The notes under the pieces are model-generated. The model was not told where the DNA came from. It saw only the letters and a program-made list of their open reading frames with translations, and ran no database searches. From the NCBI RefSeq assembly GCF_009914755.1, contig NC_060932.1: DNA of 64,000 nt; one strand, written 5' to 3'. Origin of the DNA: the human T2T-CHM13v2.0 reference genome, Homo sapiens. Below are positions 14,186-30,025 of this stretch, in pieces. Every line of letters begins with the position of its first letter. Position 1 is the first letter of the stretch. A program made the translations under genes and the position numbers.

Positions 14186-16679
14186 AAAAGGGTTTATAGT
14201 GATGATCATTGTTTCCTTTTCAAGCTCAGAGAATGTTTTCAAGATTTCCTCATTGAATATATTGCATGCTATAGGCATAATTTTTAAAGATAATTCTTTG
14301 CCAGATTAAAATTAGTTTTTCTAGTTTTTTAAGAGTTTTTTTTTAAATAATGAATAAGTGTTGAATTTAGTGGAATGCTGTTTATATAATGATACAATCA
14401 TATAATTTATATATTTTTTCTGTCATATTTCCTGATTTTCAAAAATATTTTAGTTGGCTATTAATTCTACTTCTGCACTTAGAATAAATAAAGATCAGAT
14501 ATAACAAGACTAATGAGAAGTTAGTCTACTTCCTGACTAAGGAAGGTTGCGTGTCTTCCTTCAAGTGTAATTTCAGCTCTCATTCTTTTGGGTCAGGCCT
14601 ATGTATATATGGGTTAGGAAATGTGCTAAGAATTCTATCTATACCAGACATATGTAATTAATTGTATCTATATCCTGTGTTGAATTTAGGAAGCTGTGTA
14701 TCTCTGGACCTTTAGCTTTACCATCTGTAACCCTCCTGCGTGCGCAAGCTTTAGGATTTGGTGTCCACTGGACAATTCTTGGAATATATGTATCTCTTTA
14801 TCTCTAGGACTGGACTAATTTTGTATCCCAGACTACTTGTCTACGGCCTTGATCACCTGATTTGTTCTTGCTAACTTCTCCCCAAGGTCTGAAGCCCATT
14901 TTGTCTTACCCAGTTCTAAGTTGGCAGGACATCCCAGGAAAGTTATGTAAATATTATTCAGAACTGGCAGTATTAACAAGGACTTTCACCCCTTGTGGAT
15001 CAGACCCTTAAATAGATATGTGCTTGAGTACAGCTATGCTTCTTTGGCCATTTTGATTTTATTACCCGGCTATATTTTGGGGAGCCAACTGAACAAGTGA
15101 GTTAATGACTCTAAATATGGCTTTTTCTTTACTTAGTTTATTTCTCCCTCTCTCTCCATCCCAGAGTGCTTTGTGGTTTTATATAGTTTTTAGGCACTTT
15201 TAAATATTTTAAAAACAGCCACCTAGTAAAGACCTACAGGACCACTGGGCATCTAATGCAGAAAACCAAGGAGAAGAAATCTCCCTCCGCTCTCTACGGT
15301 CATAGCAAGTCCAGTTCAGGTTTACCAATAGAAGAATTGTTTTTATATATGGAAGTATCCATTTTCTTTATGAAGAAATGCCTGATTTGAAATTCTTGGC
15401 CTCTCTTATCTGTAACTGATCACAATCAATCTCTGTGAACAGGCTGGAGTGAAAGAAGAGAAAGATGATGGTGGGAGGTGCCTCACCTTGAAAGTGTCCT
15501 ACACTGTAACACTTTTAATATGTTAAGGGAACACTCAGGTAGTCATGATTTCTTGGAAGGAAGGTCAAAGAAGGCCTGAAGATTAATTTCTGGAACACTT
15601 TTCACTTTCTTCTGATTGTATGATAAATAAGACTAAAGGATTTCCCTCCTATTGAGGCACACTTATGATGGTCTTGCCCCGAGCCTCCCTTTGCATGAGA
15701 CAAAGAAGGAGTTTAGTAGGATTTGGAAGACTCTTCCACAGGGTTGTTAGGATTAGGCACCTTGTAGCTTCCAGGTCACCTCAGTTTACATAGGCTATAC
15801 CAGGTGAAAAATGTTCAGGTTTTTTTTTCTGCCCCAACTGTCACTCAATTTTGGTTATAACTACTACTTAGCTATTAAAGTTAACAGTCTTTGAAAGATT
15901 TTTACAAAGTTTAATCTGCATTTATCCATGTAAGAGTCAATTTAACTCAATATAATTGCCACTTCTAAAACCATGTATAATTGAGATACATAGTCATATA
16001 TTACCATAAGTATCAAGATGATTTTAGTTTTGATTTTGTTATAATTTGTTAACTAAAATAATGTACTACTGCAAATGGATTTTTTTAAAGTTTTTAAATA
16101 CTTTTTTAAGAATTGTGAACATTTTACGTGTAGAAAACTTTTATTATAAATAATTTGGTTATACATATTACCAAAATAAGAGAATTGCTTTCCTAATAAT
16201 AGGGTATGTTTCCTGTGATGGGTAGGTGTCCGATATAAGCTAAATAAATTACAAGTAACACCTTTACCTTGCTGCAGGTGAATAAATAAAGTGACAGTGA
16301 AATAAATTATTTCTTGCTGGCCAAGAACAGAGTCAACCTTCCTTAATAAGGTAATGAAGCAACAGAGCTATACTTTATTTGCTTTTCACCTTTAGTCTGG
16401 AAAGATCATATCTCAAGGCAAGTCAGCTCTCCTCTCTGGAATTACAGAAAATATAACAATATCATTGCTTGCATTTTAATTCATATATTCATTCTGCAAT
16501 AATTCCATTAATTCTAAAATAAAATATTCTATATATTAAAAGATGCTTTAATACCAAATTACAAGTTTTTATTACCAAATTATATGAATCTAAAGATCGG
16601 TTATTTTTTAAAGACACAAAATATTTACATTATGCATATCTGTGCAAGCCTAGCAAAAAGTACAGTTTTAGAAAAATAA

Positions 16680-18564
<1,885 letters not shown>

Positions 18565-18565
<1 letters not shown>

Positions 18566-19745
18566 TTTTTAAATTTAACTTTTTATCTTGACATAGTTGT
18601 ATATTCACATGCTGTTTTAAGAAATAATAGAGATTTCATGTACCATTCACCCAGTTTTCTCCAATGGTAGCATTTTGTGAATCTTAGTACAATATCATAA
18701 CCAGAAGTTTGACTATGGTGAAATCCACTTACTCAGATTTCACTTGTTTCATATGTGTGTGTGTGATTCTATGCAATTCTATCACATACGTAGGATCATG
18801 TATCTATCATGATAGTAAAGATACAGAACCATTCCTTCACCACAAGGATTCCTTGTATTGTCATTTTATAAACCACACCCACCTCCTTCCTCTCTTCCTA
18901 ACCCTTAGCAACCACTAATGTGTTCTCTGTCTTTGTAATTTTGTCATTTCAGCAACAATGTATAACTGGAATCATACAGATGTAACCTTTTAGGATGGGC
19001 TTTTTTCACTCAGCATTATTTCTTGAAGGGATTCATCCAAGTTCTTACATGTATTAATAGTTCATTTCTATTTATTGCTGAGCAATATTTTATGATAAGG
19101 ACGCACCAAAGTTTAACTATTCATCTATTGAAAGGCATTTCCAGTTTTTGGCTATTATAAGTTAGCTTCTATGGACATTTATGTACAGGTTTTTGTGTGA
19201 ACCTAAGTTTTAATTTCTCTGGAATAAATGGCCAGGAGTGAAATTGCTGGGCTATAGGGGAGTTGCATGTTCGGATTTGTAAGAAACTGCCAAAGTTTTT
19301 CCTGGTGTTGATTGCACCATTTTCATTCTCACCAGCAGCATGTGCATGATTCAGTATCTTCACATCCTCATGATCATTTGGTGTTGTCACTACTTTTTAT
19401 TTTAGCCAGTCTGACAAGTGTGTAGTGATATCTCATTGTAATTTTAGTTTGCATTTTCCTAAGGCTAATGATGTTGAATATCTTTTCATGTGTTTATTGG
19501 CCAGCTGCATATCCTCTTTGGTGAAATGTCTCTTAATGTTTTTGGCTCGTTTTGACTTTTAGTTCTTATTTGCTTTTGCTTTTAACTGTTGAGTTTTGAA
19601 AATTCTTCTTACATTCTGGATACTAGTTCTTTGTTATATATTTGGTTGCAAATATTTTCTCTCAGTCTGTAGCTTGTCTTTTCATATTTACAAGGTCTTT
19701 CATAGAGGTAAGTTTGCTAGTATTTTTTTTTAATGAGGTCCATTT
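18565..19745 (-). mobile_element. L1MC/MD-type 3' end and ORF2 C-terminus
   Basis: TAAGAAATAATAGAGATTTCATGTACCATTCACCCAGTTTTCTCCAATGGTAG 3' UTR, then GTGTGTAGTGATATCTCATTGTAATTTTAGTTTGCATTTTCC. Confidence 0.8.
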
Positions 19746-20129
19746 CTTCATGACATCTCCTAAAATTAACATTGGATATGGCACATAGTAGACATTTGAT
19801 GTTTCTTTGCTGAAAGAATAAAATGAATTAAATGATAAAGAAACTAGCAAATTTACTTCTAACTTTATGATGTCTACTCCTGATATCCTGACCATTGTTA
19901 GATGTGAAAATAGTATCAGCTCATAATTATTTGATATCTCTCACATTTTTCAACACGTTATGTAGGAGCATGTGGAGGAATATTTACTGTGTTTTGAGGG
20001 GCCAGGAAGTAGAGAATAAAAAGGAATTTGAAAAAGGTGTAGATTGTGAAGGAACAAGAGGAGTAAGAGGGGAATGGCATAATATGCCCTACAGTAGCAG
20101 TTTGCAAAGTAAAGCCTGTGGGCTCCTGA

Positions 20130-20635
20130 GGGGCCCGAGGTGTCATTTGTCTTTTGCACTTTGTTGACATTTGCACTGATGGTGTAAAAGCAATGGTTGG
20201 TGCAGAAACGATTGTGGTTAAAACTGCTGGAAATTTAGTATGAATCAAGGCAGTGGTACCAAACCATACAAGAAATCATTATATTATTTCCCACCAGGCA
20301 CTTGCAGAAGAAAAAAAAAAGCCAGTTTTGCTTAAGAATGACCTTGACTAAGCAGTAAAAATAATTATTTTTATGAACTATCAATCCTTGAGAATACACC
20401 TTTTTTCTATTCTGCATGATGAAGTGGGAAGTATACATAAAGTGTTCCTGTTGCATTCTGAGGTATTTATGGTTGCTTCAAGGAAAAAACACTTTTGTGA
20501 TTATTTTAGGTGCAACTGGAGCTAACCACTTTTTGCAAGTAACACCAGTTTTTACTTGAAATAGCGTTACAGATAAACTGTTTTTTCAAACTTGGGTATT
20601 TGGCAGACATTTTCTTGAAAATGATGAATGAGGCC
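20130..20635 (+). mobile_element. hAT-Charlie (Charlie1-like) DNA transposon, transposase remnant
   Basis: GACATTTGCACTGATGGTGTAAAAGCAATGGTTGG reads DICTDGVKAMVG, the hAT TDG(A) catalytic region. Further on, CTTGGGTATTTGGCAGACATTTTC reads LGYLADIF. Confidence 0.75.
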
Positions 20636-22107
20636 ACAAAGTACCTATGACAAGTAGTCTTGTGTTTATTTCATTCCCCACCCAAAACTTTCTTTTCTCC
20701 ATGTTTTTCTAGAGTATTTTCTCATGTTGATACTTGTCATTACTAAATCAATAACTTTGATAATGTCTGTTTGCTTTAGATTCAGCCAGCAATAGCAGAA
20801 GTAGTAAAATTGCTATCAGATTGTTATAATGACTTCCAACATCATACTCAGAAGGCCATAGGGGAATTTAACAATTTGTTTGGAGATTGGAGGGGAATAT
20901 ATGGAAAATATCTGTTTAGTATGCATATTGTTCTCTGGTCACTCTGTAAATACCCATAGCTTAGCGATTAGTAAACATTATTTTAATTGTCTCTTTACTT
21001 GCTGCCTTTCAGTACTAGATAGGACTCTTGGAAGGAAGGGATTATGTCTTATTAACCAGGACAGCTCTTAAAATTAGCAGAGGGCCTGGCATAAAGTGGT
21101 CATTGGATATGTCTTTGCTAAAGAATGGAATGAAGGAGTGAGAGAGGAACTAGTAAATGTGCTTCTAATTTGTGCATGTGTATCTACTGCTGATATCTTA
21201 ATCATTGTTACATTTGAAAATAGTAGCATCTCATAATTTTTTGGTATCTCTTACAGAATTTGTCACATTTTGGCCAATGAGATGCTAAATAAATATGCTT
21301 TCAGCAAGGCAATTTTTGGGGTAAAGTTTGGGCAATAGTACATATTTTTATAGGACTGATGAGATTGTGTGTGTGTATGTGTGTGTATACATATATTTGT
21401 GTATATGTATATATACATATATATATGAAGCACTTAGCCTATACCCCACATATGCTAATTGTTACTTTTACTACCACTGCCGTGGTGACTGCAAGAAGAA
21501 AAAATGTTTTCTGCTTTTGCTGTCACCTAACTTCAAAATTTCTACTTAGGACTTGTAGATAAATAATTTAAGAGAGACAAAATCACATTAGACTTTAGCT
21601 CTAATCTCTTCAGGACACTAATTCTGAGGTAAAGTTTTTGGATAATATATTTATCTCCATATCTTGCTGTTTTCTCAAAAGGTAAGCATAAGAAACAAGA
21701 TCAAGAGCCAGAAATATGTACCCGCTCACTCAGCATCCAGACCACTGATGTGTTAGATATTATAGGTGGAATGTAAGTAACCCAAGAGCATGGACACTAT
21801 CTGCTTGTTCATTGCTGGATCCCTAAAGCTTGGCCCATAGTAGGTCGTCAATTCATATTTTTCCAGTGAATGGTTACATCACTGGTGTTTAAATTGTAAC
21901 TGTTAATGAATTTTCCTGCAGTAATGTTGTAGGTTTTCATTTCAGATGACGGTGTTGTACAACAGATAATGTTTGAAGCAAATAGGTAGGGGACATGGTA
22001 GTGGGTGACAGGCAGCAATACACCTCTATGTAACCAATAGAGAAAGTATAAAAAGGCATTTTAAAACATCTGAAGAACTGATGTTACTGTTATAAAAATT
22101 AGGCTAA

Positions 22108-22477
22108 GAGGCAGAAGCTGCCAGGGGCTAGTGGGCTGGGAGGGATGAATAGAGCATAGGGGATTTCAGGGCAGTGAAACTACTCTGTAGGATGCTATAA
22201 TGGTGGCTGCATGGCATTATTCATTTGTCAAAACCCATAGAGGGTACATCAAGAGTGAACACTAATGTGAACTGTGAACTTCCGGTGATAAGGCTGTGTC
22301 AATGTGGGTTCATGAATTGTAACAAATGGTTAACAAATGTACCACTGTGGTTGGATGTGGACACTGGGGAAGCAGTGCCTGTGTGGGGGCAAGGGTTATA
22401 TAGGAAATCTTTGTACCTTTCACATAACTTTGCTATGAACCTAAAACTGCTCTAAAAAATTAAATTTATGAAAAAAA
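22108..22477 (+). mobile_element. L1MC1-like 3' UTR, 5'-truncated, with TSD
   Basis: GGGCAGTGAAACTACTCTGTA...TTTGCTATGAACCTAAAACTGCTCTAAAAAAT. Flanks are AAAAATTAGGCTAA (22094-22107) and AAAAGTTAGGCTAA (22474-22487). Confidence 0.8.
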
Positions 22478-23667
22478 GTTAGGCTAAATTGTAACCTCAT
22501 GATAAGCCTTCCCCTAAACATTATAAAATAAAACCACTTCCCCTGGAAAATTAATAAACAAGGTTTTTTTTTTTTCTTTACCTGCTTGGTATTGGGGCTT
22601 ACTCATTTCAATGACAATGGAAAAATCTATTACTTTTGCTTTCTCAGAAATTATGTTTCATTTTATAATAACTGCATAAAATGATATATGAAACTATAGG
22701 ACTTTTTTGGTTACATAAGTTCAGCTCTTAATTAAACAGTTTATTCCATAAACAATAATTTAGCGTCTCAATTCCCCCAAGGTACAATGCTAAGTGTTCT
22801 AACAAATGTAGAGATTTTTATAGGAATCTGTTTCACTTGAGAGGTGGCTTGCCATTTTCAGAGCATGTACACATATATTTTCTCACTGTTCCTCACAAGC
22901 CTGGGCAGTTGGCAGAGAAGGTCTTTAAACTTCCACCTGAGACATTATTATTTATCTAAAAATTGTATTTTTGTACAGTAATAACATTAAAACAAAATAG
23001 AATTTTAAAACAAAAAATCACATATACCCAACTATCTTAATAAAATAAGTTTAATTTTTAACATTTTATCTTTTAGACTGTTCATGTTTGAATAGTAATC
23101 ATTATTGGGTTTGAAGGGATATTCAGAGAAACTGCTTATTTAGAAAAGTAGAAAAAGTTATGGCAGTGAGGAAGTCAAAGTAAAATATGTCACTAATACA
23201 TTTGGGAAAAGATGAGTGACTGGCACCACCCTGTCGGGAAACAGAGCACAGGAGTGGTGGACCTGGTAGAACTAAGAAATGTTTCATTTTATTTTTTTGA
23301 TGCAAGAATGAGGGGACAACTCCCCTCAACAACTGTATTGAGAATACGGTTGTTAAAATGACCAGATAGAGTTAAAGATTTTGAAAGGTTGAACTCTGGA
23401 TGCCCCACTTTTATTACCCTGGAGAGAAGTCCCTTCCGCTTTGTTAGTCCCCCTCCCACCCCCTCCTTTAAAAAAGTCTACCTTACAAAAGAAGTAAATA
23501 GGAAAAAGAGGAGGAAGAACTTGTATCTAGTTAGTTCTGTCTTGAAGAAAGTCAGGAGAGGACTGTAAGCGAGTTGATACTGCACTTGAAGGTTGAGGTC
23601 ATGAAGAATGGGCTTTGAGGTAAGGGTGTAACAAAGCTTCTGAGGACCAAAGTGGTTTCTCCAGTGA

Positions 23668-23962
23668 TTTTTTTTTCTTTTGAGACAACATCTTGTTCTG
23701 TCATGGAGGCTGGAGCACAGTGGCTCACATGGTTCACTGTAGCCTCCACCTCCCGGGCTCAAGTGATCCTCCTTCCTCAGCCTCCTGAGTAGCTGGGACC
23801 GCAGTCACACGCCACCATACCCAGCGAATTTTTAAAAAATTGTATGTAGACATGGGGGTCTCCCTATGTTGCCCAGGCTCGTCTTGAAATCCTGGCCTCA
23901 AGTGATCCTGCCTGAGCCTCCCAAAGTCCTAAGATTACAGGTGTGAGCCACTGCGCCCAGCC
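23668..23962 (-). mobile_element. AluJ
   Basis: Antisense dimer with the J-type GGGCTCAAGTGATCCTCC. Decayed TSD TCCAGTGATTTT / TCCACTGATTTT. Confidence 0.9.
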
Positions 23963-24879
23963 CTTTTCCACTGATTTTGATGGGAGGCACTGCTGGTTCT
24001 AAGTCATGGGGCTGCATGTCCATGCTCTGTCTCCTATTCTGTCACTGTGGCTGTCTGGAAGGAAACTCGGAACAGTAAGTGTTGGCAACTAGTATTGGAG
24101 AAACTAAACAAGTCTGTTCATTAGATGGTTCTTCTTGTTTTTCACTAGTAGCAGGGAAATTATGCCTGCCCAGGGTGCCCAAAGTAGAACTCAAAAGTAG
24201 AAATTCAAAAGTAAAAATGTTCAGTTGTGCGCATTATAATTTTTATAACCACAGAATAAAAGTCATTTCTTTTTTTTGCTTTTACTTTGCTTCACTTTAG
24301 ATAATAACTAGATTTAAAATTGTGAATAATTTTATAATTATTTCTAATGATTTCATTATATTACAGAAGATATATTGCTGCATGTTTTACTACTTTTGGC
24401 CATTTAGGAGACATCTAAGTTATATGTTATAATTTATATTATACATATAGGTGTGAACATTTTTATTTTGTACTATTGCATTAAAAGTGGAGTTTGAAAT
24501 ATGAATTATAATGCAGGATATGAGTATACAAGCTTCAATAGCTTTGCTTTGTTTTCAATTTCTGCTAGAAATAGGTATGGCACTGGTTTAACTTACATCT
24601 CTTTGTTATTAGATTTCATTTTCATTATTATTATTTCCCTGTGGGTGCAAATTATTAGCTCATGTTCTCTTCCTTCCTCTTTCCATTCTGTTGTCTTGCC
24701 CCATATGTTTCCTGCTCTGTAGGACTTAAAATCTAGTAGGAACAGTAAGTGAAGGTACTCAAATAACTAACGTACATTAAAACGTTAACCTTTCATCAGG
24801 CTATTATTCTTACTGCCTCACCCAAACTCTTCTTGACAAGATTTTGAGCAACATGTATTTCCCTAAATATTAAAGGGAA

Positions 24880-25880
24880 TTAATATTTTGCCTCTCCCTC
24901 AATAAAGGCTCCTCCTCTTTCTCTGTCCTTTTTGGATGAATGTACCCAGTTACCCAAACCGAAGATTTCAGATCTTGTTAAGTATTGTTTTATTCTCATC
25001 TCCCACATCCATTCCATCACCAAGACCAGGCAATGCTATTTACTAGGAATCTCTGGCACCATCCAATTATTTTACTCCCATGCACTTAACCTTAGCTGAA
25101 GTCACCTTGTATTTTACCTGGTTTACCGAACTGAGGCCTCACTTGGCTCCCAGATGTTAGTTTTTCTCTAATCCATCCACAGAATTACCTCTACTCTAGT
25201 AGAGGTGAGAATGGCCACTTTTTTCTGGCCATTCTCCTTTTTCCTTTTTACATGCTCATCTTCCTCCTCTGAATAAGAAAGAGGGGAGTTTAAAAATTCT
25301 GTTTTCATGTTTTTTTCACTTCCAAGTGAATCACATTTGTACCCTCTCTTTAGTTCAGGATCTATAAACCAATCATTTAAAAACTTTTACCTCTAATCTA
25401 GACTTTTTTTTTTAATATGACCGAGAACCTTCTATTCAACCACTTCCTAAATATTTCTGCTTGGATGTCTCAACCTCAAAGCTTCCCCACATCATTGCCA
25501 CCATGCAAGTCCAGAATATAACCCTAATTTGCCTGGAAACTCTAACAATCTCTAACTATCCTTTCCACATCCACCCTGTTCCCCAACCCTAATCTTATTA
25601 TCTACACTACAGTTCATGATAATTTCAAAAATTCTGATTATGTTGCCCCATTGCTCTAAGGTTACACAACAGAATCGCCTGGAACTCAACCACTAGTTAT
25701 TAAAGGAATAAATCAATGGTATTTCCAAAATTCAAATGAGATAATGCTTTTGTCATGTTCAAATCCTTTAGATAACTTTCCATTGTGCTTAGGACAACAT
25801 TCAAAACATTTATGTGACTTGAAATTCACTGAATGCTCTGGTTCATGTTTGGTCTTTGACCTCATCTTAATTCAGTGTCA
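24880..25880 (+). mobile_element. L2 fragments, very degenerate
   Basis: CCCACATCCATTCCATCACCAAG, CTGCTTGGATGTCTC and AATTCTGATTATGTTG resemble the L2 3' region. Confidence 0.45.
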
Positions 25881-25989
25881 GTGTCTGCCTTCTATTTAGA
25901 AAGAAAGTTAATCTTTTTGAATCTGATATGGCAGCATAGTCTATAAAGACCATGCACTTCAGAGTTTAATGCCTCATTTTCTTTACTAG

Positions 25990-26341
<352 letters not shown>

Positions 26342-29300
26342 AGAAATTATGGATGTTCAAAGTGATAACTTCTGTGTCTAACTTAGGGTATTTTCAATTG
26401 CCATTTATTCATTTATTTTTGATCACTGATCTTATTATTAATACATGAACCAACACAGACTAATAGGGAATTGCCGCAACTTATTTGATGGCTTTGGTGT
26501 TGTGAAGAGAATTTATAAACAATTCAGGGAGAATTTTGTGTGCCATTAACCGAAAAGAAAAATAGAAAAAGTAAAAAAGAAGTACCTGTCTCCAAAATGA
26601 AACGTATCCATTGTTTGCTCACTGAAATCTAAAATGGTCTTCACCTTCCAGTGATCACTTTGCATTCGAATGCTCATAACTGTTGTAGAAAGCTTGACGC
26701 CCACACTGCAGGATCTTGCTCCTCTTTAATTTCCTCTAATTTGTGTAGTGAATAACCAAATACTCATAATGCAATTAGAAGATAATCAGGCTTGTAATTA
26801 TGTTAATTGCTGGAGACTTACATCAATCCTCCAGCAAAGTGATAGGATTTCAGGGGAACGATTAATGTGGCAAGAGAGTGAGCGAGAGACTGGGATGGGG
26901 AAGTGGGTAAATCGATGAACAGCTTTGACTTGTGTCATTTAACGACACTGAGAAGACAACAGAGCCATCCATGAGAAAGGCCTTCAGTGGAGATGCTTAG
27001 AAAACACAGTTCTGGGTTCCAGAAATTCAACCTCTTATTTTTTTTCCCCATAAATAAATACCTTGTCCACTTAAATTTATTGGAAGAAGCCTAATTCAAA
27101 GAAAACCGATAAATAGATGAGGGAGAAAAAGTAAGAGAAAGAGAGAGAGAGAGAATGTTGCTATTTGCTCAAGCTACCCTGTCTTATAAAAAGAACAAAA
27201 CAAAATATTATTACCTTCTGTGCTCCTACACTAGAAGGGTCCTGTGAAGAGATCTCAGTCTAGCTCATCCAATGATGACCAACTTTCAAGCTGGAGCTGC
27301 CACTTGTTGATTGTAATCTGCATAGCCTCGACATTAAGTTTATTTCTAAAAACAATAAATAAAAATCTTAAGATTTCCCAGCTTTTCTTCAAGCGGGCTG
27401 GAGCTGAGCTGGCCACCCCGAAGCCTGCTGTGGACTGGCATTTTTCGCCTTCATTAGCAACGATCAGTCTGAGAAGCCCACGCTTTCTCTTCCTGCACCC
27501 ACGTCGGCTGTGTGGCTCAGCAGGTGAAACGGCTTGTGGTGTGGGTTAACTGCCACTTCACAAAGACTTATGCCACCACACTCCTATCACCTCATGAAGT
27601 TAAAAATAAAGTCACTTTGCCAAGGTTTGTCTATTACCTGGAAATTAAAAACTAGGAGATCTGGGTAGTGCTGCGCTTGATGCCACATATCAGATATGAT
27701 TCAGATAAACTGTAAGACTCTTTCTTCAAATGCAGGCAGACAGAATGACCACAGCCATGAAAGTAGGTCTTTAAAAGCCAAACCTCTGCCAAGGCTACTC
27801 AGCATGAATACACAGTGCTCATTTTCCATTATAAGTTATATTTTATATCCTTAATGTCAAAATAAAGGGACAAATTTGCGTTTGTAGTTCACCATATGTT
27901 TACTGCTTCTTGGCCATTTGGGAAGCATATTGGAACTGTACAGTGCATAATTAAACTGTAAGAATGTTATAAGCTGAGGTAAGGTGCGTCACATAATGGT
28001 CACTCATTTTCTGCTATATTTTTGACTACTTGTGAACCATTAATGCAAACACAGGTTCTTACGGTTTATGAAAATTTGAGTCATTATAATGACCCACATG
28101 ATTAGATTTTACTGGCTACTAGAAAGCCCATATATATATATATGTATGCTGAACCCAGAACCATTTAAAAGAGAGAGTTTCTCTGAAGGTATCAGTCAAC
28201 TGGCAATTTATTTGGAAATAAAAGGATGATTCTATGACCAATAAAAGAGTAACCACCAGTTACGAATATTACAGAATAAATGAGAGGTTTCAGAAAAGGC
28301 CAAATTTAGTGAAATGGAGTGATTAGGAAAATATATTGCTCATAGAAACTATGAACTTTTCCTGTAATTTATTTATGGTTGGCAAATTGTACAAAAACCT
28401 AATTAGACAAGCTGATGTTCTTGGAAGAGATCTCAGAGTAGCTCATTACATTAACTCCATAAATTTGTTCCTTCAGAAATCCCCAAGTAGGCAACTAATC
28501 ATACATAGAGTTTTTTGCTTTTTCTCATTTCTTAATTTCAACTTGTGTCATTGGCTAGAATTTTATTTTTACTGCTCACAAAAGTAATTGAGCCAGAAAA
28601 ATTTATTTAGCTTATAAATCATCACTACAAATCAGATGCAGATTTAGAGATAATTCTGTTAGCATTCTACTATGATTTCTCATCAATATAAAAATGTGAA
28701 TTTCATCTCCAAAGCCCTTTAGTTTATACAATGAGAATACAATTTGTAATACTGTTGTTATGTACTGAGTACTGAGGGAAAGGATGATCCATTCTAAAAA
28801 GTGTAACTCAAATCTTCTTTAAGAGTGAAATTGGTTTTATAAATGTTTGTTACTTTTTAGTCCCTCTCAAGGTCATGGAAGAATGGCAATGCCAATGGCA
28901 GAACAGTAGTCACAGCAATGGGTGTCAAGCTTATAAGGAACAGACAGTTTCCATTCTAAATACATGCAGTTTCATTTATTACACATACCACTGATAAATC
29001 ACATTTGTGTATGAGGCAGATGGGGATTAGTACTGTCGGTGTTAGAATATCACATTTTAGCTCAATTAGTGTTTCATGAAATGTTATAAAACTAAGTAAA
29101 AAAGAAACAAAAAATTCCACATTTTGCTTTTATATATTTTCCTCTCTCTTACTGATGTGCTTTTTATTCAGGTTCTAATTTCCCCTACAGTTAACAAATT
29201 TGGGTCTGTGTAGATTTTCCCCAAATTGCATTCAAGTTTCTATTAACTCTGTAGCAAGGTTTTAGCTTATCCCACTTCATGCTGATTTATTTTCTGCCTT

Positions 29301-29989
29301 GTTAAAATACTTCAAATGATTGATTAATGCAATGGACAGTAGCTAATACTCATATTTAAAGTTTAAAAGATTATTGAGCCTAACATCCTGAGAGTATTAA
29401 AAAATTGAAGGAAAGTGGCTAGACATGAACACTGAAATTATTTAAGAACTAGTATTTGTCAAAATCAAGCTTACAGCTCTGCATAGGGATATTCAAAATG
29501 TGTTTTAAAAGTAAATATTCCATCTGTGTAACCTGAAATGCTCTGTGAAAACTCTGAAAATAATTGCCTTAAGGTATGGCTAAATTATTTAAGCCTTATT
29601 CCTTTTGAAGTCTAATTTGTATCCCTAAATGATGTTAATAAGTCAAAAAGAGATCGTGTTAAAATGGATGTATATAATTAATATAATAAAAAGCTAGCAG
29701 TATGTTTGTGTACTAACATGAAAATTAACCTTATTTGGTTTATGCCAAAAGACAAAAATAATTGAGAAAAATGAAAGAATTTTTTCCAAGTTCATTATTA
29801 TAATGATTTATACTGGTTAGGAGGTGGCTCAAAGATTACTCAAAGGACTTGGGTTGTGGGGAAGAGAGAATGGCTTCTCTATTGGGGCTAGAATAAAAGT
29901 TAAATATATAGTTTCCATTCACGGAGTAAAAGTTGTTTTCAAGAGAAAAATGCAGAAATAGTAAAACTTTTGAGGAGGTTAAGATAAAC

Positions 29990-29991
<2 letters not shown>

Positions 29992-30023
<32 letters not shown>
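29992..30023. repeat. (TG)16 microsatellite
   Basis: Read directly from the sequence. Confidence 0.95.

Positions 30024-30025
<2 letters not shown>

Noticed and set aside
27244-27549. 101-aa ORF in unique sequence
   Set aside because: GTG start, no recognisable homology, and it crosses an A-rich low-complexity stretch; likely chance.
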